Positions 36,955-46,380 of a DNA stretch of 46,380 nucleotides are shown in pieces. How positions within the stretch are numbered: position 1 is the first letter of the stretch; each line of letters opens with the position of its first letter. Below the pieces are notes generated by a model that did not search any database, was not told the origin of the DNA, and worked only from the letters and a program-made list of their open reading frames with translations. The position numbers were made by a program, and so were the translations under genes. The stretch comes from an uncultured bacterium (GTDB lineage: Bacteria; Schekmanbacteria; GWA2-38-11; J061): positions 1 to 46,380 of the forward strand of contig CAZJVM010000018.1 of NCBI GenBank assembly GCA_964549305.1, written 5' to 3'.

Positions 36955-38643
36955 TTAACCGGAAACTATCGCGAATTCTTTTTTGAATTTATCAAGGAAT
37001 TTGCCTGTGCCAACGATAATCAGAATGTCATTTTCTTCAATTGTTAAATCGGGCTTTAATTGAAGGTCGGTTTTTTCGTTTCTTTCTATTCCGATAATGG
37101 TGCAGCCGGTTTTTTTGCGGATATCCAGTTCCTTAATTGTCTTTCCGGAAAGAGAAGAAGATTTTGCCGGAAAGCGTTCGATGCTCAGCTTTTCAAATTC
37201 CATTTTTCCTTTTCCTGTGATTATATTTGCAAGCATTAAGCCTGAAATCATTGGAAGAGCTAGAACGTAATTCGCGCCTGCTTTATAGAATTTGTCTATA
37301 TTCGATATTATATTGCACCTTGTTATTATATAGGCATCGGGATTGAGATTTTTTGCGAGAAGCGTTGTATAAAGCGCCTGAGTATCGTCATTAAGAGCAA
37401 TCAGAACAGCACAATCCCCTTCAATCCCTGCCTGCTTCAACAAGTTGTCATCAGTGGCATTTCCCACAAAGGAATTTTTTAAATCCACTTCTTTTTTGTC
37501 TATGACCGTTACATTGTCAGGCATATGGGAAAGGTATGTGTAGATTTCCCTTCCTACGTTGCCGAATCCGATTATCAAAAGGTTGATGTTATTTTTTTTG
37601 CCATTGGATGATTTTATGGAAGCAAGCTCGTTTAGTTTAGATATTTCACTTTCAGCGCCTACGGCAAAGACTATTGAGTTTGCTTCGATTTTTGTGTTCG
37701 ATTCAAATTCGGTTACAAAAGTGCCGTTGCTCCAAATTCCTATAATATTCGCTCCGCTTCTTTTGCCGATTTGTGATTCCGCGAGTGTAAGCCCCGCGAT
37801 TTCCGAGTTTTTGGATACAGGGATTTCGGTAACTTTCAGGTTTTCGGGAATATGAAGGGCGCCGTAAAGTTCCTTTACAATTGGGATATAGGTTTTATAA
37901 GCCATTCTTTCACCAAGCTCATGTTTTGGACAGGCAACCGTTTTTGCTCCCGCGTACTGGAGATATTTCGCATTGTCCGGCTCTTCCACAAGGGATATGA
38001 TGCCGATGTCTTCTATTCCTTTTGCTGTAAGGATAATATTGGCGTTTTCCTCGTCATGGGACGTTACAAGAAGATATTTTGCCTTTTTGATGCCCGCATT
38101 TTTCAACCCCTGCACGGAACCAGGAATTCCTTGAATGCTTCTTATTCCTTTATTCGACAAAGATATGCAGGTTTGGGCGTCTTCATCAATAACGACATAG
38201 GGTATGGAATTTATTTCGAGTTCTTCCACAAGAAAATCTACTATTTCCGAATAACTGCATATTATTATATGGCCTTCAAGATCCTCTTCCACTTCCCTGT
38301 CGGGCTCGACTCTCATCATCGCTTCTATCCATGGAACGAGGAAAAGCGGAATTATCATAAAAATCATTATGACTCCGCTCATCATAACGATTATTGAAAA
38401 GAAGTTTGTAACTGGATGGTAAAAAGGTGTAATACCTCCGAAACCGGTTGTTGTCATGCTTTCAATTATAAATTCCAATGATCTTATTACTCCCATTCTT
38501 TTGCCTTCGAAAATGGGATAGATGATAGTAAAAATGGTGGTGTACAAAAGTATAAGAATGATAAGGGAAAGAGCGTACTTCTTCCCTCTTGAGTCCAGAT
38601 ATTTTGTGAATATTTTCAGTTTTTTTATTTTCATGGTAAACAT
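36955..38643 (-). CDS. Two-TM K+ channel with tandem TrkA-N/TrkA-C (RCK) domains
   Basis: TM-pore-TM with SMTTTGFG; GHIIIC RCK1; IIGFGNVG RCK2; two TrkA-C repeats. The start may be 38634. Confidence 0.88.
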   Translation of the reverse strand: MFTMKIKKLKIFTKYLDSRGKKYALSLIILILLYTTIFTIIYPIFEGKRMGVIRSLEFIIESMTTTGFGGITPFYHPVTNFFSIIVMMSGVIMIFMIIPLFLVPWIEAMMRVEPDREVEEDLEGHIIICSYSEIVDFLVEELEINSIPYVVIDEDAQTCISLSNKGIRSIQGIPGSVQGLKNAGIKKAKYLLVTSHDEENANIILTAKGIEDIGIISLVEEPDNAKYLQYAGAKTVACPKHELGERMAYKTYIPIVKELYGALHIPENLKVTEIPVSKNSEIAGLTLAESQIGKRSGANIIGIWSNGTFVTEFESNTKIEANSIVFAVGAESEISKLNELASIKSSNGKKNNINLLIIGFGNVGREIYTYLSHMPDNVTVIDKKEVDLKNSFVGNATDDNLLKQAGIEGDCAVLIALNDDTQALYTTLLAKNLNPDAYIITRCNIISNIDKFYKAGANYVLALPMISGLMLANIITGKGKMEFEKLSIERFPAKSSSLSGKTIKELDIRKKTGCTIIGIERNEKTDLQLKPDLTIEENDILIIVGTGKFLDKFKKEFAIVSG

Positions 38644-38813
38644 ATGAAAGTGTAACAGATGAATTATGTAAAATTCAATTCAATTGAGTAGCGGCAGGAA
38701 TAATCGCCTGGAAAGTGGCCGAAATTCGAAGAAATGCAAATTTCTTGAACTTTTACAATTATCTGTGTACATAAACCACTCTTTGATTATGTTATTTTTT
38801 ATAAAGGTGATAA

Positions 38814-39671
38814 ATGCCTAGAAAACTTCCTCAATGGCTTGTGAAGCGGGCAGTGGATATCAGTGAGCTTCACAAAGTCAAGAAGATTCTCAGGAACAAC
38901 GGACTTTCCACTGTTTGTGAAGAAGCGAGATGTCCCAATATAGCCGAATGCTTCAAAAGGCCCACGGCGACATTTATGATAATGGGGGACGTGTGTACGC
39001 GCAACTGCACTTTTTGCTCGGTGTCTAAAGGGGAAGCCGTGCCGCTGGATAAGAATGAACCGTTTAACATAGCAAGAGCCGTGAAGGATATGGCTTTAAA
39101 ATATGCGGTGATTACATCCGTTACGAGGGATGATATTCCCGATGGAGGCGCTTCACACTTTGCGGAAACCGTAAGGCAGATAAAAAAATACTGCAGAGGG
39201 ACTAAAATAGAGGTTCTCGTCCCGGATTTTAAAGGAAAAAAAGACTCAATAGAATCGGTTTGTGAAGCTTTGCCTGACGTTATTAATCATAATGTGGAAA
39301 CCGTCCCGCGCCTTTATAAAGATGTTAGGCCTCAGGCGGATTATAAAGTTTCACTTTCGGTTTTTACTATGATAAAAAAAACCAATAAGGATATTTTTAC
39401 AAAATCGGGATTAATGGTAGGGCTCGGAGAAAGTGCCGAAGAGGTTATTTCCGTTATGAGGGATTTGAGAGAAGCAGGCTGTGAAATGCTTACAATAGGC
39501 CAATACCTTACACCTACAAAAACAAGCATTCCGGTGGCTGAATACATACATCCGAAAACTTTTAAATTTTATGAGATTGAAGCTAAGAAACTCGGATTTA
39601 CATCTGTTGCGTCGGGACCTTTTGTAAGAAGCTCCTATATGGCTGATATCTATTTTGAGGGAGAAAAATAA
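38814..39671 (+). CDS. lipA: Lipoyl synthase
   Basis: CEEARCPNIAEC, CTRNCTFC, TSVTRDD, NHNVETV, KSGLMVGLGE, GPFVRSSY. Confidence 0.97.
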   Translation: MPRKLPQWLVKRAVDISELHKVKKILRNNGLSTVCEEARCPNIAECFKRPTATFMIMGDVCTRNCTFCSVSKGEAVPLDKNEPFNIARAVKDMALKYAVITSVTRDDIPDGGASHFAETVRQIKKYCRGTKIEVLVPDFKGKKDSIESVCEALPDVINHNVETVPRLYKDVRPQADYKVSLSVFTMIKKTNKDIFTKSGLMVGLGESAEEVISVMRDLREAGCEMLTIGQYLTPTKTSIPVAEYIHPKTFKFYEIEAKKLGFTSVASGPFVRSSYMADIYFEGEK

Positions 39672-39674
39672 ACT

Positions 39675-40853
39675 ATGCCCGAACAATTTCACAGGATTAA
39701 GAGGCTTCCCCCCTATGTCTTTTCAATCATCGATGAAATAAAACTCAATGCCCGCAGGAAGGGAGATGATATAATCGACCTGGGAATGGGAAATCCCGAC
39801 ATTCCCACACCGGTGGAAATAGTGGAAAAACTCAAGGAGGCAGTGGATAATCCCAAAAACCACCGGTATTCAGTTTCAAGAGGAATTTACAAGCTTAGGC
39901 TTGCCATAGTCAACTTGTATAAAAGAAAGTTCAATATCGATCTTGACCCTGACGAGGAAGCAATCGTAACCATTGGCGCAAAGGAAGGGCTTTCCCATCT
40001 CGCGCTTTCCATAATCGAACCCGGAGATGTGGCTTTAGTGCCAAGTCCGACTTATCCTATACATTCATTTTGCATAGTGATAGCCGGAGGAAATCTTAAA
40101 AGTGTCAAGCTTTCAAGGGATTCGGATTTTTTTGAAAATCTTAAGCAGGCATATCACGAGAGCTGGCCTCATCCAAAGATTCTTTTATTGAGCTTTCCCC
40201 ATAATCCTACTACGGCGACTGTTGATCTCGATTTTTTTGAAAAAATAGTGGCATTCGCGAAAGAGAGAGAAATATTTATTATTCACGATTATGCCTACGC
40301 TGACCTTACATTCGGCGATTATAAAGCGCCGAGTCTGCTTCAGATAAAAGGCGCTAAGGATATAGGTGTGGAATTGTACACAATGTCAAAAGGATACAGT
40401 ATGCCCGGTTGGCGCGTAGCTTTTTGCGTGGGAAACAGTAAAGTCATTAAAGCTCTCGGACGGCTGAAAAGTTATTTTGACTACGGTATTTTCCAACCCA
40501 TTCAGATTGCGGCAATAATTGCCCTAAACGAGCTTGGACATACATCTCAAAACATAAGGGACATCTACGAATCACGGTGTGAAACGCTTGTAACGGGACT
40601 TAACAGAATCGGATGGAATGTGGAAAAACCTAAAGGAACGATGTTTCTGTGGGCGGAAATTCCCGATGAATTTAAAAAAATGGGCTCCCTTGAATTTTCC
40701 AAGAAGATTCTGACTGAGGGGAAAGTCGCTCTTTCTCCGGGAATAGGTTTCGGTCCTTACGGAGAAGGATATATAAGATTTGCTCTTGTGGAAAACGAAC
40801 ATCGCATCAGACAGGCGGTAAGAGGCATTAAAAGAGCTCTCGGAAATATTTAA
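39675..40853 (+). CDS. alaC: Class I/II PLP aminotransferase, AlaC-like
   Basis: [62 protein letters not shown]; upstream of hom. Confidence 0.8.
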   Translation: MPEQFHRIKRLPPYVFSIIDEIKLNARRKGDDIIDLGMGNPDIPTPVEIVEKLKEAVDNPKNHRYSVSRGIYKLRLAIVNLYKRKFNIDLDPDEEAIVTIGAKEGLSHLALSIIEPGDVALVPSPTYPIHSFCIVIAGGNLKSVKLSRDSDFFENLKQAYHESWPHPKILLLSFPHNPTTATVDLDFFEKIVAFAKEREIFIIHDYAYADLTFGDYKAPSLLQIKGAKDIGVELYTMSKGYSMPGWRVAFCVGNSKVIKALGRLKSYFDYGIFQPIQIAAIIALNELGHTSQNIRDIYESRCETLVTGLNRIGWNVEKPKGTMFLWAEIPDEFKKMGSLEFSKKILTEGKVALSPGIGFGPYGEGYIRFALVENEHRIRQAVRGIKRALGNI

Positions 40854-40876
40854 TTCATTTGGCGAGGTTTTATTAA

Positions 40877-42178
40877 ATGAAGGAAGTTAAAATAGGATTA
40901 ATAGGGTTTGGCACAATTGGTACCGGTGTCGTGAAAATTTTGCGACAAAACAGCGCGATTATCGAGAAGAAACTCAACGCGCGTCTAGTTTTAAAAAAGA
41001 TAGCCGATCTCGATATAACTTCTTCGAGAGGAGTTGAGGTGGGAAAGGAACTCCTTACAACAGATGCCGGAGAAATTGTCAATGACGCGGATATTGATAT
41101 CGTTATAGAGCTGATCGGAGGCATCAATCCCGCAAAGCAGTTCATTCTTGATTCAATAAAAAACGGAAAGCACGCAGTTACTGCAAATAAAGCGCTCCTT
41201 GCAAAAGAGGGAATAGAGATTTTTCAGACAGCGGAAAGCGAAGGGAAAAACGTGGGGTTTGAAGCGAGCACGGGAGGCGTAATTCCAGTAGTCAGGGCAA
41301 TAAAGGAAGGTTTTGCCTCTGATGAAATTCTTTCCGTTTACGGAATAATAAACGGTACGGCAAATTATATACTCACAAAGATGACGGATTTTGGAACGGA
41401 TTTTTCCGAGGTTTTAAAGGAGGCGCAGGAAAAGGGATTTGCCGAAGCGGACCCCTCTCTCGATATTAACGGCGGTGATTCTGCGCACAAAATTGCCATA
41501 CTTTCAACTCTTGCTTTCGGAAGCAGGGTGGGTTTGGATTCGATTTACACGGAAGGGATAGAAGGGATTTCCTCTGAAGACATAAAATATGCCTATGAAC
41601 TTGGTTACAAAGTGAAACTTCTGGCAATTGCCAAAAATGTCAACGGTGAAATCGATGTAAGGGTCCATCCCACGATGATTACCTTCGAAAATCCTCTTTC
41701 CAATGTGAGCAATGAATACAACGCAGTCTATATCAATGGAAAGAATGCCGGAAGCAATATATTATTCGGCAAGGGCGCAGGCGAGCTTCCAACCGCTGTT
41801 GCTGTTGTGAGCGATGTTATCGATATTGCCAGAGATGTGCTTGCAGGGGCATCGGGAAGGATGACTCCGCTTTCCTTTAAATTCGCAAATATAAGCGAGA
41901 AGAAGATACGAGCCATAGATAACGTCAAATCAAGGTTTTATTTCCGCTTTTTCGTTGTTGACAGACCCGGCGTGCTTTCTAAAATAGCGGGTATTCTCGG
42001 GAAAAGGGGAATCAGCATTCAATCGGTCATCCAGAAGGGAAAAAAGGACGGTGAGAAGGTTTCCGTTGTCATAATGACTCACGAGGCCCTTGAGAAGTCA
42101 GTCAGGGAATCTCTTGCTGAAATCGATGCCGCAGATTATGTCCTCGATAAAACTGTATCCATAAGAGTAGAGGAATGA
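40877..42178 (+). CDS. hom: Homoserine dehydrogenase with C-terminal ACT domain
   Basis: GFGTIG, TANKALLA, GIINGTANYIL, GFAEADP, GKGAG..PTA, DRPGVL. Confidence 0.96.
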   Translation: MKEVKIGLIGFGTIGTGVVKILRQNSAIIEKKLNARLVLKKIADLDITSSRGVEVGKELLTTDAGEIVNDADIDIVIELIGGINPAKQFILDSIKNGKHAVTANKALLAKEGIEIFQTAESEGKNVGFEASTGGVIPVVRAIKEGFASDEILSVYGIINGTANYILTKMTDFGTDFSEVLKEAQEKGFAEADPSLDINGGDSAHKIAILSTLAFGSRVGLDSIYTEGIEGISSEDIKYAYELGYKVKLLAIAKNVNGEIDVRVHPTMITFENPLSNVSNEYNAVYINGKNAGSNILFGKGAGELPTAVAVVSDVIDIARDVLAGASGRMTPLSFKFANISEKKIRAIDNVKSRFYFRFFVVDRPGVLSKIAGILGKRGISIQSVIQKGKKDGEKVSVVIMTHEALEKSVRESLAEIDAADYVLDKTVSIRVEE

Positions 42179-42179
42179 T

Positions 42180-43382
42180 GTGCCGGAAAAAATAAAATAT
42201 ATGATTGTTTTGGGCGACGGGATGGCTGACACTCCTATAGACTCGCTTGGAGGTAAAACCTGCATAGAAGCGGCGAATACCCCCAATATGGATTTAATCG
42301 CGAAGGAGGGGATTAGCGGAATGTCACGGACTATTCCCGAAGGGATGAATCCGGGAAGCGATGTGGCAAGTCTTTCCGTGCTCGGATATAATCCCGCCGA
42401 AGTATATACGGGGCGCGCCCCCCTTGAAGCGGCTAGTATCGGCGTAAAACTTGATTCCGAAGATACTGCTTTCCGGTGCAACCTCGTGACTCTTGAAGAG
42501 GGCAAAATGGCGGATTACAGCGCAGGGCACATAGGCACTGAAGAAGCATCGGTTTTGATAAATGACATTAATTTGAAACTCTCAGGTGAAGGTGTGAGTT
42601 TTTATCCCGGTAAAAGCTACAGGCACCTTATGGTGTACAGGCATAATTTTGACGGGGTAACACTTATTCCTCCCCATGATATTTCGGGACAAAAGGTTGA
42701 AAGTCATATTCCAAAGGGCAAGGGAAGCGAATTGCTTCTTGGTTTGATGCAGAGGGCATACACAGTTTTGAAAGACCATCCCGTCAATCTTGAAAGGGAA
42801 AAGCGCGGAGACAAACCTGCAACGGATATATGGCTTTGGGGAGAGGGCACAAAACCCGCTATTTCACCATTTAAGGAAAAATACGGATTGTCGGGTGCCG
42901 TTATAAGTGCCGTTGACCTTGTAAAAGGAATAGGCATTTATCTCGGATTCAATGTTATAGACGTCCCCGGCGCGACGGGATATATAGATACCAACTATGA
43001 AGGAAAGGCGGAGTATGCCCTAAATGCCCTGAAGGACTCGGACATAGTTTATCTGCATATCGAAGCGCCCGATGAAGCGGGGCATAACGGAAACGTTGAG
43101 CATAAGATAAAAGCCATTGAAGATATCGATTCAATTGTGCTTGGAAAGATTCTCAGGGAAATTCCGTCTTTGGGGAAATACAGAATCCTTCTTATGTCTG
43201 ACCACCCCACTCCGGTAAAAATTAAAACTCATACGTCAGATGCGGTAAATTTTTCTATTTTCGGAGAAGGAGTGAATAGAAACGGGGCAGAAGCATTCAG
43301 TGAAAAGGAAGGTGTGAAAACCGATGTGCTTTTCAAAGACGGTTATAGTTTAATGGATTTTTTTCTCAATGAATCCGGATAA
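42180..43382 (+). CDS. apgM: Cofactor-independent phosphoglycerate mutase family protein (ApgM type, proposed homoserine kinase)
   Basis: GDGMAD, PGSDVA, YTGRAPLEA, AFRCN, SAGHI, GATGYIDTNY, HIEAPDEAGH, SDHPTP. Confidence 0.88.
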   Translation: MPEKIKYMIVLGDGMADTPIDSLGGKTCIEAANTPNMDLIAKEGISGMSRTIPEGMNPGSDVASLSVLGYNPAEVYTGRAPLEAASIGVKLDSEDTAFRCNLVTLEEGKMADYSAGHIGTEEASVLINDINLKLSGEGVSFYPGKSYRHLMVYRHNFDGVTLIPPHDISGQKVESHIPKGKGSELLLGLMQRAYTVLKDHPVNLEREKRGDKPATDIWLWGEGTKPAISPFKEKYGLSGAVISAVDLVKGIGIYLGFNVIDVPGATGYIDTNYEGKAEYALNALKDSDIVYLHIEAPDEAGHNGNVEHKIKAIEDIDSIVLGKILREIPSLGKYRILLMSDHPTPVKIKTHTSDAVNFSIFGEGVNRNGAEAFSEKEGVKTDVLFKDGYSLMDFFLNESG

Positions 43383-43413
43383 AAAGGAACGGTTTATTTA
43401 GAGGAGTAGTGAG

Positions 43414-44637
43414 ATGGCACTGATAGTTCAAAAGTACGGAGGAACATCAGTAGGTGATGTTGAAAAAATTCAAAATGTCGCTCGTCGCGTAATTGCGGCG
43501 AAAGAAAAAGGCAATCAGGTTGCCGTTGTTGTTTCCGCAATGTCAGGAGAGACGGACAGACTCATAGGACTTGCCAACGATTTATCTGATATGCCCAATG
43601 AAAGAGAGATGGACGTGCTCATGTCATCAGGTGAAAGAGTTTCGATTGCTCTGCTTGCTATAGCGATCAATCAGATGGGCGAGAAGGCCGTTTCCTTTAC
43701 GGGCAGGCAGGTGGGAATGATTACTGACAGCGTTCATATGAAGGCGAGAATCGAAAGGATAAACGCCGACAGAATAAAGGCGGCGCTGAATCAGGGATAT
43801 ATTGCCGTTGTCGCGGGTTTTCAGGGAATCAATTCCGAGGGCGATGTTACAACGCTCGGTCGCGGTGGTTCCGATACTTCCGCAGTTGCCATAGCCGCCG
43901 CAATTGAAGCGGATGTGTGCGAAATTTATACGGATGTTGACGGCGTTTATACGGCAGACCCCAGAATAATTCCCACTGCGAAACGGCTCGATAAAATCTC
44001 CCATGAAGAGATGCTCGAGCTGGCAAGTCTCGGCGCGAAGGTACTGCAGATAAGATCGGTTGAGTTTGCAATGAAATATAATGTTCCCCTTTACGTAAAA
44101 TCAAGTTTTAAGGACGGCGGAGGAACGCTTGTTACAATGGAGGATAAAACGATGGAGCAGGTGCTTGTTACGGGAGTAACGCTTGCAAGAGATGATTCTA
44201 AAATTTCAATCAGGCGTGTGCCTGACAAACCGGGTATTGCGGCGTCTATTTTTAAACCCCTTGCCGAGGCGAGCATAGTCGTGGATATGATTATTCAGAA
44301 TGTTAGCAAGGAAGGCTTTACTGATATAACCTTCACGGTGCCCAGGACTGACACCAAAAAGGCGATGGAAATAGTGAACAGCGCGGCAAAGTCCATTGAC
44401 GCCGAGGAGATTTCAACAGACGAGAATATATCCAAAGTGTCCATCATTGGCGCGGGAATGAGAAATCATTCCGGAGTCGCTTCGAAGATGTTTGATTCTC
44501 TTTCTGCCGAGGGAATCAATATTCAGATGATAAGCACATCGGAAATAAAGATTTCCTGTATCGTCGATTCAAAATACGGTGAGCTTGCCGTGCGAACACT
44601 TCACGACGCATTTGAGCTTGAAAATGTTGAAAGATAA
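43414..44637 (+). CDS. lysC: Aspartate kinase
   Basis: [37 protein letters not shown], two ACT domains, ISTSEIKIS. Confidence 0.97.
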   Translation: MALIVQKYGGTSVGDVEKIQNVARRVIAAKEKGNQVAVVVSAMSGETDRLIGLANDLSDMPNEREMDVLMSSGERVSIALLAIAINQMGEKAVSFTGRQVGMITDSVHMKARIERINADRIKAALNQGYIAVVAGFQGINSEGDVTTLGRGGSDTSAVAIAAAIEADVCEIYTDVDGVYTADPRIIPTAKRLDKISHEEMLELASLGAKVLQIRSVEFAMKYNVPLYVKSSFKDGGGTLVTMEDKTMEQVLVTGVTLARDDSKISIRRVPDKPGIAASIFKPLAEASIVVDMIIQNVSKEGFTDITFTVPRTDTKKAMEIVNSAAKSIDAEEISTDENISKVSIIGAGMRNHSGVASKMFDSLSAEGINIQMISTSEIKISCIVDSKYGELAVRTLHDAFELENVER

Positions 44638-44683
44638 GAAGTTGGTAAATTATTAACTTGGATAATAAAACGGGGATTTGAAA

Positions 44684-46249
44684 GTGATTAAAATTGGAAG
44701 AGCATTAATCAGTGTTTCAGATAAAAACGGAATAGTCGAATTTGCAAAAGGGTTGAGTGAATGCGGTGTTGAAATAATATCGACGGGAGGCACGGCAAAA
44801 AAAATAAACGACAGCGGTGTCAATGTACAGGAAATTTCCGATTTTACGGGATTTCCCGAAATGCTTTCGGGAAGAGTAAAGACCCTGCATCCGCTTGTAC
44901 ACGGCGGCATACTTGCCATAAGAGATGATGAAACACACCAGAAGCAGGTGGAAGAGCACGGGATAAAATACATAGATATGGTTGTAGTCAACCTCTATCC
45001 CTTTGAAACCACAATAGCAAAAGATGACTGTCCGCTCGCCGAAGCCGTCGAGAATATAGATATCGGCGGGCCTACTATGATAAGGTCGGCGGCGAAAAAT
45101 CATCGCTCTGTAGCTGTTGTTGTGGACCCTGCCGACTATGGAAGTATTCTCGATGAGCTTAAAAAGAATAACGGAGGACTTTCCGAAAGCACTTCTTTTG
45201 ACTTGTCCGCAAAGGCTTTTTCCCATACTGCGCGTTATGATTCGGTTATTTCAAATTATTTCAATCCCCTGAAGTCAGATGCCAAAGAGGAAGTTTTTCC
45301 TGAAGAATTCGGCATCGGAGTGAAAAAAATTCAGAAACTTCGCTACGGTGAAAACCCCCATCAGAAAGCCGCTTTTTATAAGGTTTCGGGAGAGAGGGGA
45401 GGCATAGCCGACATAAAACAGCTTCACGGTAAAGAGCTTTCCTTCAATAACATCGTGGATGTTGACGGTGCTCTTTCCGTTGTGCTCGAATTCGATGAGA
45501 TTGCAGTTGCCATAATCAAACATACCAATCCCTGCGGCGCCGCAGTTTCCAAGACTTCAGTGAAAGATGCCTATGTAAAGGCGCTTGCGACTGATCCTGT
45601 TTCGGCATTCGGAAGTATCATTGCCATAAACAGGGAAGTTGATGAAGATGCCGCCGGTGAAATTTCGAAACTCTTTGTAGAGGCGATAATAGCGCCTTCC
45701 TTTTCCGAAGGAGCTTTGAATATTTTGACGACAAAGAAGAATATCCGTCTTCTTACATTGGATTTTGAAGAAGCGAAGAAACGCAGAGCGTCGATGCCCG
45801 ACATCAAGAGAGTGCTCGGTGGTTTGGTCATTCAGGAGAGAGATGTTCATAAGGTTGACAAAAATTCCGTTACAGTTCCCACAAAAAGGAAACCGACAGA
45901 AGAGGAACTTGAAGGGCTTATGTTCGCCTGGAAGATAATGAAGAATGTTAAATCCAATGCAATTCTTTTTGCTAACAAAGATCAAACGGTCGGCGTAGGC
46001 GCGGGACAGATGAGCAGGGTCGATTCCGTAAAGATAGCGAAGATGAAGGCGAACCTTCCCACCGAAGGATGCCTTCTCGCATCAGATGCTTTCTTTCCTT
46101 TCAGGGACGGAATAGACGAGGCGGCAAAAGCGGGAGTTGTTGCCATAATCCAGCCCGGCGGCTCAGTGCGTGACGAAGAGGTGATTCAGGCTTGTGATGA
46201 GCATGGGATTGCTATGGTGTTTACTTCTATACGCCATTTCAAACACTAG
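44684..46249 (+). CDS. purH: Bifunctional AICAR transformylase / IMP cyclohydrolase
   Basis: ALISVSDK, STGGT, GRVKTLHP, IDIGGP, LRYGENPHQ, KHTNPCG, GAGQMSRVD, ASDAFFPF, RHFKH; start is GTG 44684 or TTG 44678. Confidence 0.97.
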   Translation: MIKIGRALISVSDKNGIVEFAKGLSECGVEIISTGGTAKKINDSGVNVQEISDFTGFPEMLSGRVKTLHPLVHGGILAIRDDETHQKQVEEHGIKYIDMVVVNLYPFETTIAKDDCPLAEAVENIDIGGPTMIRSAAKNHRSVAVVVDPADYGSILDELKKNNGGLSESTSFDLSAKAFSHTARYDSVISNYFNPLKSDAKEEVFPEEFGIGVKKIQKLRYGENPHQKAAFYKVSGERGGIADIKQLHGKELSFNNIVDVDGALSVVLEFDEIAVAIIKHTNPCGAAVSKTSVKDAYVKALATDPVSAFGSIIAINREVDEDAAGEISKLFVEAIIAPSFSEGALNILTTKKNIRLLTLDFEEAKKRRASMPDIKRVLGGLVIQERDVHKVDKNSVTVPTKRKPTEEELEGLMFAWKIMKNVKSNAILFANKDQTVGVGAGQMSRVDSVKIAKMKANLPTEGCLLASDAFFPFRDGIDEAAKAGVVAIIQPGGSVRDEEVIQACDEHGIAMVFTSIRHFKH

Positions 46250-46251
46250 GA

Positions 46252-46376
46252 GCGGGTTCAGTATTTGGCGCCATGCATCGTCATTTAACTCTTTGCAAAT
46301 CCTCACATACAAAACAGTATGCTTCGGACTTGCTCATCGTTCACTTCCTTGCCTTGCATCCAAATTCTGAACCCGC
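46252..46376. repeat. 125-bp palindromic intergenic element (ERIC/MITE-like)
   Basis: Terminal IR GCGGGTTCAGtATTTGG / CCAAATtCTGAACCCGC (16/17); inner stems GCAAATCC/GGACTTGC and CATAC/GTATG. Confidence 0.7.
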
Positions 46377-46380
46377 CAAA

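Noticed and set aside
38690-38746. Short stems (CAGG/CCTG, AAGAAAT/ATTTCTT) between the K+ channel and lipA as an ncRNA
   Set aside because: The stems are short and match no family I recognise.
1-46380. CRISPR arrays, tRNA/rRNA, IS elements, prophage or defence genes
   Set aside because: No repeat-spacer pattern, cloverleaf, transposase, integrase or recognisable defence domain seen; intergenic gaps are short.

Overview
Dense, low-GC bacterial chromosomal window with about 40 genes. I saw no rRNA, tRNA, CRISPR array, transposase or prophage gene. The gene set (pilB/pilC, short argA, yicC-remA-gmk, alaC-hom-apgM-lysC) suggests an anaerobic deltaproteobacteria/Nitrospinae-like lineage; this is inference only. 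In order: (1) type IV pilus pilC (truncated by the window edge) and MshEN-bearing pilB. (2) An accessory block: acyl-CoA ligase, MBL hydrolase, lipoprotein, double Zn-ribbon protein, amidohydrolase, HExxH peptidase, an apparent circularly permuted ATP-grasp protein, C-N hydrolase, glutamate dehydrogenase and a B12 radical SAM enzyme. (3) pgsA-panC running into a glycosylation locus (GT2, GT2, GT2-GT4 fusion, WecB/TagA, two polyprenyl-P sugar transferases, O-antigen-ligase/O-OTase-TPR, ugd) that encloses a secreted ZU5-like/Ig/FN3 protein. (4) Housekeeping and signalling genes: yicC, remA, gmk, maf, yggU, mtnA, pmbA, argA, PAS-GAF-HD-GYP, suhB, K+ channel, lipA, alaC, hom, apgM, lysC, purH. (5) A 125-bp ERIC-like palindrome at the right end. 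Best novelty candidates: the permuted ATP-grasp with its peptidase/amidase neighbours, and the putatively autoproteolytic secreted protein beside the O-OTase. The ORF track labels 10952..12355 as '+', but that protein reads from the minus strand. All family calls come from motif recognition by eye; no searches were run.
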